Shown here in pieces: positions 22,129 through 33,035 of a DNA stretch of 64,000 nucleotides (its first letter is position 1; each line of letters begins with the position of its first letter). The position numbers and the translations under genes are program-made. The stretch covers positions 496,001 to 560,000 of the forward strand of contig OZ251244.1 of assembly GCA_965240325.2 (NCBI GenBank), given 5' to 3'. Source of the stretch: Rebecca billardiae RCC1528 (Eukaryota; Protista; Haptophyta). The notes under the pieces are model-generated. The model saw nothing but the letters and a program-made list of their open reading frames with translations, was not told the origin of the DNA and did no database searches.

Positions 22129-22212
<84 letters not shown>
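22129..22212. repeat. (TA)n microsatellite
   Basis: Direct TA run of ~84 bp. Confidence 0.97.
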
Positions 22213-22218
<6 letters not shown>

Positions 22219-22336
22219 TTATATATAATAATAATAACGACGCGCGACGACTTCGTCTCACGTGCGTATAATTCGGACGGATCGATGACGACGATATATT
22301 CTAGTCTGATCAGACTAGTTCTCTCTCTCTCTCAAT

Positions 22337-24054
22337 TAGGGGGGCCAAACCGCCCATTTAAAAATGAAAAGCAAAGTCGCGTCGCATTTTCGCTCCGCCC
22401 TCGGCCTTTTAGGGTGGCGCGGAGCCTTTTTCTCGGACCCCGCTCGAAAATCGAGCTCCGACGCCTTCGGACGCTCAGAGCTCGGTTCCGCTCCAGCGCG
22501 AGCGGCCGGAGGCAGTGGACCGCCGCGCGCTCGCGACCTTTGAGACGCCGAGATGGTCTCGGGTGCGCGCGCGCGTGACGCTGGTTGGCGCTACTGACCC
22601 GTGCCTTTGCGCCACCAGCGGCTCACCACCCGCTTCTTGGCCACCTCGCGCCGCGCGCGGCGCGCGTCGGCCGGCTTGAATTGGCGCGCTGCGTGCGCCC
22701 GTCACGCTACCGCTCGGTGTGGGTCATGATCAACTCGGAGTGGTGAGATCGGTGCTCGGAGCAGGTGTCTAGGTATGTATGTGCATGGTCAACTCGCCTA
22801 ACCTGCCCTACTGCGCCGGAATCGCCGTCAGCAGACCGGCGCGAGCTCGCGCGCAACACCTCCGCGGAGCTCGCAACTGTCATGTTCCGCTTGTAGGGCC
22901 CGTGTTTGCACCTGCCGTGGCACTTGCGATGGTCAGTACGTTGGGTATGGGTCACGTGTGCCCTCTGATGGCGTCTGGGCGCCTCCCATTCGCCTCTCAG
23001 GACGTCGCGGACGTGCTCGCAGGCAGCGGTTGGCTCATTCGACAGGCCTCCGACGTGCACTCGACCGTGCCTGCAAGCGCGCCCCTGTGACGCTCATGCC
23101 TGCAGAAGCAGATGCAGATGGGCCCTCATGCACCCTGGTGCGCCCAAGACCGGCGGGAGCGTCAGAGACCGTCTCAATCTTGACACCTTGCACACGCCGG
23201 CGCGTGCCGTTGGGCTCCGCGAAGCCAGCCAGGAGCGCCGAACAGCGCCGGATCAGCCTCTGTAGGCCGAATATCCGCCCCTAAGCCCAGAAATAGCGCG
23301 GAACAGGGTAGTGCGTACCTATATGGACCGATCCCATCCAGCCTGGTTTGGTGCAGACACGCCAGCCACCGCCTGGAGCAGACGTTTGCTGCCGAATCGC
23401 ATGCTCGGCACTGTGCCGCACTGCGACGACGACAGATTTGACCTGCCTCGTAGGTCTCGGCCAGGGAGCGGTGACGGTTGGCTCGAGTGACTTTAAACCT
23501 TGACTATGACCGAGAGCACTCCCGGGCTGAGGACGTGGGGCCGGTGCTTTGGGTCTACTATGTCTGCAATACGCCGTACGCGTGGCCGTATACACAGTCT
23601 GAAAACGTATCTCGCAGCTCGAGATCAGACGAGACTGTATTCATCAGCATGGCGCCTATATACACGGTGGGTATGTAACGACCGGTGGCTTCTAGGAAAC
23701 TACATATTTGACAGCCTGCCAGTACACAACCTATATCGCATGTTGGGACCTGCTGCTGCTGGGGACTCAGAACGATCTCGCTGAGATGCTCTATCAAAGT
23801 GAGGTCGACATGGTCTATATGTCACATATAGGACGACCGTTACATGCCGTTTCCAATAAGTTCAGGCTCATTCTAATAAGTAAATATGCTAGCCGTTACG
23901 CCCTATATTCAGGGTATGTGCACCTGATCTTTTTACATGGCCGGCCCAGACCCCTCCAGAGGCAAATGATCCAGCCCGAAATCAGCTCTAAACACTCGCT
24001 AGGACCCGCGCTCGTGGCCGTCAGTAACGCTACAGTGCCACTTTGGCCCCCCTA
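22337..24054. mobile_element. Putative older non-autonomous hAT-like element, ~1.7 kb, inserted in a (CT)n tract
   Basis: 13-bp TIR TAGGGGGGCCAAA / TTTGGCCCCCCTA. Flanks CTCTCAAT and CTCTCATA match 6/8. Lower-GC interior with no convincing ORF. Confidence 0.55.
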
Positions 24055-24062
24055 CTCTCATA

Positions 24063-24073
24063 CTCTCTCTCTC

Positions 24074-24117
<44 letters not shown>

Positions 24118-24123
24118 TCTCTC
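24063..24123. repeat. (CT)n microsatellite
   Basis: Interrupted CT run. A shorter CT run lies at 22321-22333 on the other side of the element. Confidence 0.9.
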
Positions 24124-24958
24124 TAGCGGACCCAATAAGCTGAAGAGCCATATCATCGTCTGCTGAATTGGCAATTGCATATATGGATCGTCATCCTTCG
24201 CGGGACCTGTGGTGGGCATTATTTATAATAATAATAAATAACATACAGAAAACTGCGTAGTCATAAGGCGGTAAAGATGAATAAGACGGAATAATAACCG
24301 CGTAGTATAGTTTGTCAAGCTGGCGCAACGCCCCTGCGGTACTCGACAGGCTCGGCGGACAGGCACGACCGGGCACAGCTCAATTGAGCTGGCTCCTGAT
24401 CTGCCTCGGATGACCTGATGATTTAATCATCACTAATTTCTGAGACTTTCGTCTGCTGTCGTCGTTATGATGGTTATATATGGTACTGGTCGAAGCTTGA
24501 GGCAGTGTTATGATGCGCATATCCCGATCCAGGGGGGGAGGGGTCCGGCCCGTCCGGGGCGTAGGTCCGGGTCTGCAGACTGCACTGCGGGTCTGCGGCC
24601 ACACGGGGTGCGGCCCGTGCGGGCGTGCGGGCGGACTGGGCAGCACACCCTCCTACCGATAGCTGCCAGCTGTGACTCCGGCGACTTCCCCAAGGGCGGT
24701 ACAGTTCACTGCACAAAGACACCGCCACTAAACACAGTAACGTAACTACGGCTTCATGGGCGGTGACAGACTGACAGTTGGCGGGCTGTACAGTTTATTT
24801 GTTTTAACGTGCGTAAGGCTCACGGTGGCAGGTTGCCGCGCCATCCTTCATCGCACGCTCTCCGAAGAGAGACCTGGAAACCGGGGGTTTGCACCCATGA
24901 CCAAGGCCCTTGCCATGACCTCAGACGCAAGAGCACGCATGCACAGTACCGCCAGCCG

Positions 24959-26942
24959 ATGCCGCCCCCAATTGACACTGCGCCATAAGGGGGGGGTCCA
25001 AAATTGTCCCCGCCGACGGCTCGATGGCTGCCGCACGTGCGTGCCCCGCGTGCCTTGGGCGTGTACGTGCACGGTAGGGCGTCCCGACAGCGAGGGCGGG
25101 GTGGCGTAGATGGTCTCGTGGGAGGTGTGCCCGTGTGCCGGAGACGCTTCGACACCTCGGTGGCATGCCCACACCTCTCCTTGTCGCCGCTTGCCTGCTG
25201 CGTGCTCGGCCAGCCGTGTTGAGAGCACGCCTGCGCGTGCATGGCCAATGTCGGGCGGATCGAGCCGTGGTGAGTGCGCGTGCGGGTACTCCTACCCGAT
25301 GCGTCTCTCTACCACTGTCGCAAGCCCTCGTGCGCGTCGTGAAGCCTGTCGAATCCAGCCGGGCACATGCCCAACATGCTCGCGAACAATTGCCGAGGAA
25401 TATGGCGTCAAATGCGCTATTTGAAAATAAAACTGGCCAGCATGTCGCATACCACCATGATAACGTTGACACGTCGTGAGTTCGAGTGCACGGCTTAGGG
25501 TTGACGTACAAGAGCTACTGCGACTGTGTCAGAGATGCGCATTGGGTGGGAGTACCCGCACGCGCACTCACCACGGCTCGATCCGCCCGACATTGGCCAT
25601 GCACGCGCAGGCGTGCTCTCAACACGGCTGGTCGAGCACGCAGCAGGCAAGCGGCGACAAGGAGAGGTGTGGGCATGCCACCGAGGTGTCAAAGCGTCTC
25701 CGGCACACGGGCACACCTCCCACGAGACCATCTACGCCACCCCGCCCTCGCTGTCGGGACGCCCTACCGTGCACGTACACGCCCAAGGCACGCGGGGCAC
25801 GCACGTGCGGCAGCCATCGAGCCGTCGGCGGGGACAATTTTGGACCCCCCCCTTATGGCGCAGTGTCAATATGCGAGCACGACGGCTGCGGGCTGGTCGC
25901 GTCATTCGGCATGCCGGGCGGCCCGCGGCGCAGCCGATGCTCCCGGCACAAGCTGGCAGGTATGATCTCGCCTAAGCCCTCGTGCGAAGAGGCCGGCTGC
26001 GGCACGCAGCCGCTCTATGCGCTGCCGGGCGAGCGGCCTGTGCGCTGCTCCACGCACAAGCTGGGCGGCATGGTGATCGTCACGCACGCGCTGTGCGAGG
26101 AGGCGAGCTGCACGACGTCGGCCTCGTACGGCATGGCCGGTGGCCCGGTCCGCCGCTGCGCGAAGCACCTGCTGGAGGGCATGGTCAACGTCAAGAACCG
26201 CCTGTGCGAGGAGGCTGGCTGCTTCACCCAGGCAATTTATGGCCTGCCAGGCGATGCGCACGCCAGCCGGTGTGGCAAGCACAGGCTGGCGGGCATGGAG
26301 AACGTCAAGAGCCCCATGTGCGAGGCTGCTGGCTGCCGGGCGCGGCCGAGCTACGGCATGCCGGGCGAGAAGCGGTGCAGCCGATGCAGCGCGCACAAGC
26401 TCGCAGGCATGGTGAGCCGTAGCAGCCGACGCTGCGCAGCGCCAGGGTGCAAAGAGCCGCCGTGTGCGGACCTGGCGGCCTCAGAGAGCCGTCGGTGCGC
26501 CGCGCACAGGCATCTGGCGGTCCCCACCACCAGACGGCCCTGCGTGGAGGACGGCTGCACGCGGGTGCCCACATTCGGCCTGCCGGCAGAGCGGCCGAGC
26601 CGGTGCAGCAAGCACAAGCTGGCGGGCATGGTCAACGTGAAGCAGCGCATGTGTGCCGAGCCCGGCTGCGGCAAGCACCGGACGTTCGGGCTGCCAGGCG
26701 AATCACCCAGCATGTGCGGCACGCATATGCTGCCGGGCATGGTCAGCACCTACGCCAAGCGGGCGCCCAAGCGCAAGCTGGGCGCGGACGACGCCTCGAC
26801 TGCCTCGCCGAGCGGGCCAGCTCGGTCGCGGCCGCGGCCACGCGCCGATGCCGCCGAGACCGCGGCGTGCACAGCGGCGCTCCCCGCGCTCTTGCCCACC
26901 ATCGAGGACTGCGAGGTGGACGACAGCAGCAGCCAGGGGTGA
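24959..26942 (+). CDS. EsV-1-7 cysteine-rich repeat protein (8 repeats), interrupted in codon 5 by a TIR element; possibly pseudogenised
   Basis: Repeats of C(E)xxGCxxxAxYGxPGxxxxRCxxHKLAGMVNVK across 25872-26750. Joining 24959-24972 to 25871 gives ATG CCG CCC CCA ATA TGC GAG CAC = MPPPICEHDGC. Confidence 0.82.
24973..25868. mobile_element. Non-autonomous long-TIR element (~896 bp; arms ~24973-25303 and 25538-25868) inserted in the EsV-1-7 gene
   Basis: ~330-bp near-perfect inverted arms, termini TGACACTG...CAGTGTCA, flanked by AT (or AAT/CAAT). Removing it restores an ORF start. Confidence 0.85.
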
Positions 26943-27332
26943 TGCAGACAGCGAGGACTGCCGCCCGTTGGTGGACGCGGCTCAGCATTCGCCATCGTGG
27001 TCTAACGATGTGAGTCGCCAATCCTGCCCCAATCCAAGCCCGCGTCGCGGCATCGCCTGACCACTCGGACCGTTGACGACGGTAAGCCATCGCTGATATC
27101 GCCGCGCGACAACCTGGCTCATCCTCGCCCATCTGCCATCGCCTCTGTGATGCTGATCGGCCCGCCCCATGCCTCAAAACCAGCGGCGAGCCGCTGGGCA
27201 GCGGTCGGTCAAGGACCACAGCCACTGGGGCGCACAGCCGTCCGTCATCCGGTCATCGCGCCGCGGGTTTCGTCGTCGGTCTGGAATTCTTTCGATTACT
27301 GAGCCGTCTGACGGTCATATAAAAAACAGCCC

Positions 27333-28514
27333 ATGGCGCTCGGCGCGGCCGCGCTCGTGGCGGCGGCCGCCGGGGCCGCGCCCCCGCCCCTCATCCCCCC
27401 GTTCGTGCTCGCCTCTGCAACCTGTTCGGGCTCCACGTGGATTGTGAAGACGCTGCGCGTGCTGCTCGAGCAGGCCGCCGGCGTGACGATGTGCGAAACG
27501 ACAAGGGAGGCGGGCGCGGAGATGCTCCACCCGCACCCAGACCGAGAGTGGCGCGGCGTGCGGCTGGACAAGGCCGGCACGCTCAGGCGGATGCTCACGC
27601 TGCACCGCGAGTGCTCTGCGGCCAACGCGACCATGCTCTTGAAGGTGTCGACGAGCGTGAGCTCGCAGACAGGCATTCCGTACACGGAAGTCGCGCACGT
27701 GCTGCAGAAGATGCGCGCCCGCACAGCGCTGACGTACCGGATGAACGTGATCGACCGTTTCGTCTGCGCGGCGAGGGACTGCATGGCTACGAATGGGATC
27801 GAGCGCGTGTGGTCGAACAACGGCAGCGTGATCCCGATGCCGAGCAACGCGCACGAGTGCTTCGAACGGCGCAAAAACGTGGCGGCACCCCACGACGCGA
27901 CTAAGGATCCGCCGCCTACGGAGAAGATCGACGTCACCCGTGCGCAGAGCTTCTTCCGTACGCTCTCCCGTTGGCGCGACAGCGTTGGGCCCGAGATCGC
28001 CCTGAAGATGGACGCTCTGGGCTACGGCCCGCGCCCCATCCTGCCGGTGCCGTACGAGCAGCTCGCGCTCTCAGGGCACACGCCCGAGCGCATCAGCTGG
28101 AGCGTGGCCGCCTTCCAACATCTGCTGCGAGTGTTCCTCGGGCGCGAGGTGGATGCGGGTGCGATTGAGCGGGTGCTCGCGAAGGGCGCGGGCAAGCGGC
28201 CGATGCCGGCGTCACACCGCGCCGCGTTCTACAACTTCGAGTTCGTCCAGAGTGCGATGCGCGAATCGACAGAGCTGGCCCCGGCCCTCAAGGCGATGCT
28301 GCGCGACGACCTCCCGGTACAGGTGGGCACGGGCCAACTGGACACAATGTCGGACGTGTCACGCGGAGGCCTCCCTGGGACCATCGAGTTCGAAGCGGCG
28401 CCAGGGTCGGATGTCAGGGGGTCCCTGCTGAAGTTCAGCCGCAGCGCGTTTCAGTCCGGGCTGCGGGCCGCTCTCCGTGCCGTGGCGCGGGCCGCAAATG
28501 CCCTGAATCAGTGA
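27333..28514 (+). CDS. Sulfotransferase-like P-loop protein, copy B, intronless
   Basis: Same motifs as copy A (FVLASATCSGSTW, YRMNVIDRFVC, VPYEQL). Different and longer C-terminus. TATAAAAAA lies just upstream of the ATG. Confidence 0.6.
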   Translation: MALGAAALVAAAAGAAPPPLIPPFVLASATCSGSTWIVKTLRVLLEQAAGVTMCETTREAGAEMLHPHPDREWRGVRLDKAGTLRRMLTLHRECSAANATMLLKVSTSVSSQTGIPYTEVAHVLQKMRARTALTYRMNVIDRFVCAARDCMATNGIERVWSNNGSVIPMPSNAHECFERRKNVAAPHDATKDPPPTEKIDVTRAQSFFRTLSRWRDSVGPEIALKMDALGYGPRPILPVPYEQLALSGHTPERISWSVAAFQHLLRVFLGREVDAGAIERVLAKGAGKRPMPASHRAAFYNFEFVQSAMRESTELAPALKAMLRDDLPVQVGTGQLDTMSDVSRGGLPGTIEFEAAPGSDVRGSLLKFSRSAFQSGLRAALRAVARAANALNQ

Positions 28515-28665
28515 ATGGCGGCGGCCGCACTGGCATCCCGAATCGACCCTGGCACTGATGGCTGAGCAGGGCTCAGACCCCTGATGCACGCGACTGATGA
28601 TGACGACGATATATGCGATGCGTTGCGCCGTCGTGATGATGGCGACTACTATGACGACTAGCTTA

Positions 28666-28667
<2 letters not shown>

Positions 28668-28739
<72 letters not shown>

Positions 28740-28885
28740 ATATATATGTATATATATAGACGAATAATAATAGCAGTAACATATATATACATAGTATAGT
28801 AGTATATATAGTATATAATTAATGTCAATATATATATTACTTACTATATATTAATTAATTAATATATATATTAATATATATATCA
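28668..28885. repeat. (TA)n microsatellite and AT-rich tract
   Basis: Long TA run decaying into AT-rich sequence between convergent genes. Confidence 0.92.
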
Positions 28886-29021
28886 TACATCGTAGTTGGC
28901 GATCTTTTTCACCCGCCGCGACGTAATTCGTGCCCGCGCGCGGCGCGGGCTCCACGCTTTCGCGCTCCGCGCCGGCACTCACCGCGCGGCGGGCCATATT
29001 AAAATGGCTCCGGCCGGTGGC

Positions 29022-32000
29022 TCAGTCGCCGAGCGCGCCCGCGGCAACCCTCGCGGCGGCGGCGGCGGCGGCCTCCGCGGCGCGCTTGCCGGTCGTGCCG
29101 CCGTACACGACGAGCGCCTCGGGCAGGTCCTGCACGGCGCCGCCGCCGTTCCGGCCGCGCAGCTGCGCCTCGGCCGTCGGCGTGCCGCTGCCGATCGCGA
29201 GCGCGATCGTGCCGCCGAGGAAGTCCCTGTAGACCTTCTGCTTGAACTTGCCCTCGGCGGAGGAGCGTAGCACGGACTCTGTCTCGTCGAGCAGCCCGGG
29301 CGTCACGCCGGGCAGCCCGAGCAGCGTCGACGTCGGGCACTCGAGCGTGTCGAGCAGCGCGCGGTGCACGTCGCGGAGGCAAGCCACCACCTCGCCGTGC
29401 GGCGCGTCGACCCACGCGGCGCAGCGCAGCGCCTGCGGCAGCAGCTCTGCGCCGAGCGCCGCGCGCAGCGTGGGCTCGGTCGCGAGGACGGGCAGTGCGA
29501 TGGCCACCGCCGCGGCCGCGTGGCGCACGGCGCTCGCGTCGCGCCAGCCGAACGCCGAGGCGAGCAGCGAGAGCACAGGCCGCGCCGTGCGCTCGCTCGA
29601 CAGCAGCCGCTGCCCGACCGGTCCCAGCGTCTGCGTCACCGGCACGCCGGCCGGGTGCGCGGCGGGCGCGCGCGGCGGGCCGGCGCCCAGCTCGGCAGGT
29701 GTGGCGACGAGCGCGGCGTGTACGCACTCGAGCGCGTCGAGCGAGAGCTGCCGGATCAGCCGCGCGTGCAGCACCTCGGCTTGCGCGTCGTTCGGCACGC
29801 CGCCGCCGCCGCCGCCGCCTCCGGAGCCGTTGGGCGAACGGAGGGGCGTGGCGGAGGCGGCCACAACGCCGACGCCCAGCGCCGCCCACTCGTGCGCCAG
29901 CCTGTCGGTGAGCGCGGTGACGAAGGGCGGGAGCAGCGCGCTCACCACGCTGCCGTCCACCTCCGCCGGCCACGCGCACACCACCGCGCGCACCACGCCG
30001 ATCAGCTGGCTCAGCTGCATCGGCGCGAGGCAGCGCACGCGCTCGGGCCTCGCCGCGCGCGCGAGCGCCTCGCATGCCGCACCGTGGACAAACAGGACGG
30101 CACCGTTGGCCGCGCCGGTGGAGACGAGGTTGCACGCCTCGCGCCGCGCGCTGATGAGCCAGCCGCTCACCGCCTCGGCCGCGCCGACGCTCGCGTCCGC
30201 GTCGCCGCCGCTCGACGCCGCCGGCAGGGGCGCACCCAAGTGCATCGCGTGCGCGCGCGCGCTAGGCTTGAGCGCGCCCGCTGCCAGCAGAGACGGCTCG
30301 ACGCGCGCGCCGCCGCCCGCGCCGCCGTCGATGGTGAGCTCGTCGATCGCGCTGATCAGCGCGCACGCGGACTCGAGCACCGTGGCCGCGTGCGGCGCGA
30401 ACGGGTGCGCCTGCACCGCCTCGTACCGCGTGGCGGCGGGCGGCGCGCGCGACGGCGGCCCCGCTCGGCGCAGCACCACATGGCACGTGCCGAGGGCACG
30501 GAGTAGCTGCGTGCGCGCGCCCTCGCGCGCGCGCACGCCCGCCGCGCCGTCGGCAAGGCCGAGAAGCGCCGCGAGCCCGGCGCCGCCTCGCGCGCTGAGC
30601 TCGGCGCCCGCGGCGCCCAGCGTCGCGAGCGGCGCGCTCAGGATGCTCTCGAGCAGCCGGCGCTGCGCGTCGATGGTGGGCGCACCGTTGGCCAGCAGTG
30701 CCAATGCCTCCAGCAGATGCCGGCAGTAGGCGTGTGTCGCGGCGGCCAGTGCGCCCTCGCCGCTTCCGCCGCCGCCCTCGGCCGCGTGCAGCGAGGCCAG
30801 CGTGTGGCTGAGCAGCAGCTCGTCGATGCACCCGCCCGCCGCCGCCGCGCCGCCGCCCTCGCCCCCTGCCGACGACGCGGGCGTCGACTGCAGCACCGGC
30901 AGCGCCTCCCGCGCCAGAGCGGACATAGCCATGGCCGCGCGGCCGCGTGCCTCAAGTGGCGCGGGCGGCGCGCTCAGCGCCGCGAGCCGCGGCACAATCT
31001 CGGGCAGCCGGCGCGCGGCGGCGCCGCCGCACGCGCACGCGGGGACGAGGGCGGCGAGCGCGCGCGCGAGCAGGGACTGGTGCGCGCGCGCCGGCGCCGA
31101 CCAGCCCACCAGCACGCCGATAGCAATATCAAGCGCCGCCGCCGCCTCCGCGCCATCCTCAAGCGCCCCCACGCCGCCGCACGCGCCGCCGTCCTCGTCG
31201 CACGCGACCGCGCCGCCGGCGGCGCACGCGCCGCCGGCGCTCCCGCCAACGACCTGCGCCAGGCTGCCCAGCCGCCGGGCGTCGCGCAGGATCGCCTCGA
31301 GCAGCGCGCACGCGCCCTCGAGCACAGCGGCAGCCTCGGCACTGGGCGCTGAGCCGTGCTCGGCGCTCGCTGCGCGCCGCGCCGCGTCCGCGGTCCACGC
31401 GGCCGCGCAGCCGATGCACGCGCCCGGGTGCGTGCCGACCGCCATCCCGAGCCACGCGACCACCACGGCGCGCTGCTTCCCGAGCGCGTCCGCGAGCTCG
31501 TCCTCGTCCAGGCAGTCCAACTCCCCGTAGACCTCTGCGGGCGATGGCAGCCCGCCCGCGTCGTCGGCGCAGCCACCGCCCGCGCCGGCGGCGCCGCCGC
31601 CGTTGGCGAAGCCGGCCGCGAGCTGCGGGTCCTCGTCCGCGTCCACGCCGCACCCGCCGAGCTCCTCCTCGTCCGCGCCGCCGACGCCGCGCGCCTGCGG
31701 CTGCAGCTTGAGCAGCGCCAGCTGCAGCAGCCGGCAGCAGCGCGCGCGCATGCCAAACCGCGGCTCATCTGCGGCCAGCTGTTCAGACCGCAGCAGCGCG
31801 TGCCAAAACGGGTGCGCGGGCGCGCAGAGCAGCGCGGACGGGTGGCGCGAGAACTCGAGGAGCGCGTCGGAGACGGCGCACAGCCGCGCGCTCAGCGCAT
31901 CGAGCGCCTGCACGACCGCACCGCCGCCGCCGCCCTCGGCGCCCGCCACGGCGCCGGCTGCACTCGTGCCCGCGGCGATTGGCACATGCACGTGCACGCG

Positions 32001-33035
32001 CGCGAGCAGCGCGGCGCCGAGCGACGCGAGCATGGCGGCGAGCTGCTTGTGCAGCGCGTACTCGGCCTCCTCCGCGGGGCGCGCGAGCGACTCGCCGAGC
32101 TCGGCCGAGCGCAGCGCGGAGAGCACCGCGTCCGCCGTCGCCACGAGCAGCAGGTCGCGCTGGTCGGCGGGCGACTTTTCCGGAAACTTCCGAACGGCGA
32201 GCGCGTGCAGCAGCTCGCAGCCGCTCGCGCGCACGTCCTCGCCCGTCGCGCCGCGCGGCGTGAGCCGCGCGTGCTCCGAGCGCACGCGCAGCAGCGCCGC
32301 GCCCGCCTGCTCCACGCCCAGCCGCACGAGCGGCGCGCACGGAAGCCATTCGACAAGGCAGCGAAGGCACCGCGCCGCCGCGCGCGCGAGCTCGACCGCC
32401 GCGCACGTGCCGCCGTCCGCCGGCGCGCCCGGCTCGAGGCGCTGCACGTGCGCGAGCGCGTGGCCGGCCGCCTGCTCCGCGAACGCGGACAGCTCCTCCG
32501 CCGCCGCCTCGAGCGCCTTGCTCAGCTCAGAGCGCCGCTGGTCCGGCAGCTCGGCGCCCGCGGCCGTGTGCACAGCCTCGGCGAACGAGCCGATGCACTC
32601 GAGCGCGAGCGCGGCGTGGCGGGGCGAGCTGCCACCGATCGCGAGCAGCCGCGGCGTCAGCTCGGTCCAGCGCTGCGGCCACTCGCGCAGCGCCAGCTCG
32701 AGCACGAGCCGCGCGAGCGACGAGGAGACAAACGGCGGCTCGGCGCGCTGGCCGGCGTCGTGGATGAGCTCGAGCGCGAGGCCCTTGAGCTGCGAGCGCG
32801 TCGCGTCGTCCACGCTGGGCCAACGCCGCTGCACCAGCTCGAGCAGCGCGTGCAGCGCGAAGTGACGCTCCGCGTCCGGCCGCTCGGGCGACGCGAGCTC
32901 GAGCAGCGCGGGCAGCTGACCCTCCGCGCGCGCCTTGAACGCCTCGAGGAGCTCGGTCGCGGCGGCGCGCTCGGCGTGCGGCGTCGCCGCGCCATACACC
33001 GCGGAGAGCGCCCACGACACGTCGGAGATCGGCAT
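29022..33035 (-). CDS. XPO5: Exportin-5-like karyopherin (importin-beta N/Xpo1 domain), intronless, 1337 aa
   Basis: ERAAATELLEAFK, RHFALHALLELVQRRW, EPPFVSSSLARLVLELALREWPQRW, helical HEAT-like body, FSRHPSA..C..AHPFWHALLR. Confidence 0.8.
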   Translation of the reverse strand: MPISDVSWALSAVYGAATPHAERAAATELLEAFKARAEGQLPALLELASPERPDAERHFALHALLELVQRRWPSVDDATRSQLKGLALELIHDAGQRAEPPFVSSSLARLVLELALREWPQRWTELTPRLLAIGGSSPRHAALALECIGSFAEAVHTAAGAELPDQRRSELSKALEAAAEELSAFAEQAAGHALAHVQRLEPGAPADGGTCAAVELARAAARCLRCLVEWLPCAPLVRLGVEQAGAALLRVRSEHARLTPRGATGEDVRASGCELLHALAVRKFPEKSPADQRDLLLVATADAVLSALRSAELGESLARPAEEAEYALHKQLAAMLASLGAALLARVHVHVPIAAGTSAAGAVAGAEGGGGGAVVQALDALSARLCAVSDALLEFSRHPSALLCAPAHPFWHALLRSEQLAADEPRFGMRARCCRLLQLALLKLQPQARGVGGADEEELGGCGVDADEDPQLAAGFANGGGAAGAGGGCADDAGGLPSPAEVYGELDCLDEDELADALGKQRAVVVAWLGMAVGTHPGACIGCAAAWTADAARRAASAEHGSAPSAEAAAVLEGACALLEAILRDARRLGSLAQVVGGSAGGACAAGGAVACDEDGGACGGVGALEDGAEAAAALDIAIGVLVGWSAPARAHQSLLARALAALVPACACGGAAARRLPEIVPRLAALSAPPAPLEARGRAAMAMSALAREALPVLQSTPASSAGGEGGGAAAAGGCIDELLLSHTLASLHAAEGGGGSGEGALAAATHAYCRHLLEALALLANGAPTIDAQRRLLESILSAPLATLGAAGAELSARGGAGLAALLGLADGAAGVRAREGARTQLLRALGTCHVVLRRAGPPSRAPPAATRYEAVQAHPFAPHAATVLESACALISAIDELTIDGGAGGGARVEPSLLAAGALKPSARAHAMHLGAPLPAASSGGDADASVGAAEAVSGWLISARREACNLVSTGAANGAVLFVHGAACEALARAARPERVRCLAPMQLSQLIGVVRAVVCAWPAEVDGSVVSALLPPFVTALTDRLAHEWAALGVGVVAASATPLRSPNGSGGGGGGGGVPNDAQAEVLHARLIRQLSLDALECVHAALVATPAELGAGPPRAPAAHPAGVPVTQTLGPVGQRLLSSERTARPVLSLLASAFGWRDASAVRHAAAAVAIALPVLATEPTLRAALGAELLPQALRCAAWVDAPHGEVVACLRDVHRALLDTLECPTSTLLGLPGVTPGLLDETESVLRSSAEGKFKQKVYRDFLGGTIALAIGSGTPTAEAQLRGRNGGGAVQDLPEALVVYGGTTGKRAAEAAAAAAARVAAGALGD

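Noticed and set aside
22284-28614. 16-bp direct repeat GATGACGACGATATAT (22284, 28599) as a boundary of a 6.3-kb insertion
   Set aside because: Low-complexity sequence near TA tracts with no supporting termini; may be chance.
24000-28900. Endogenous giant-virus or Polinton insertion
   Set aside because: Only EsV-1-7 is virus-associated; no capsid, polymerase, packaging ATPase or integrase is visible.
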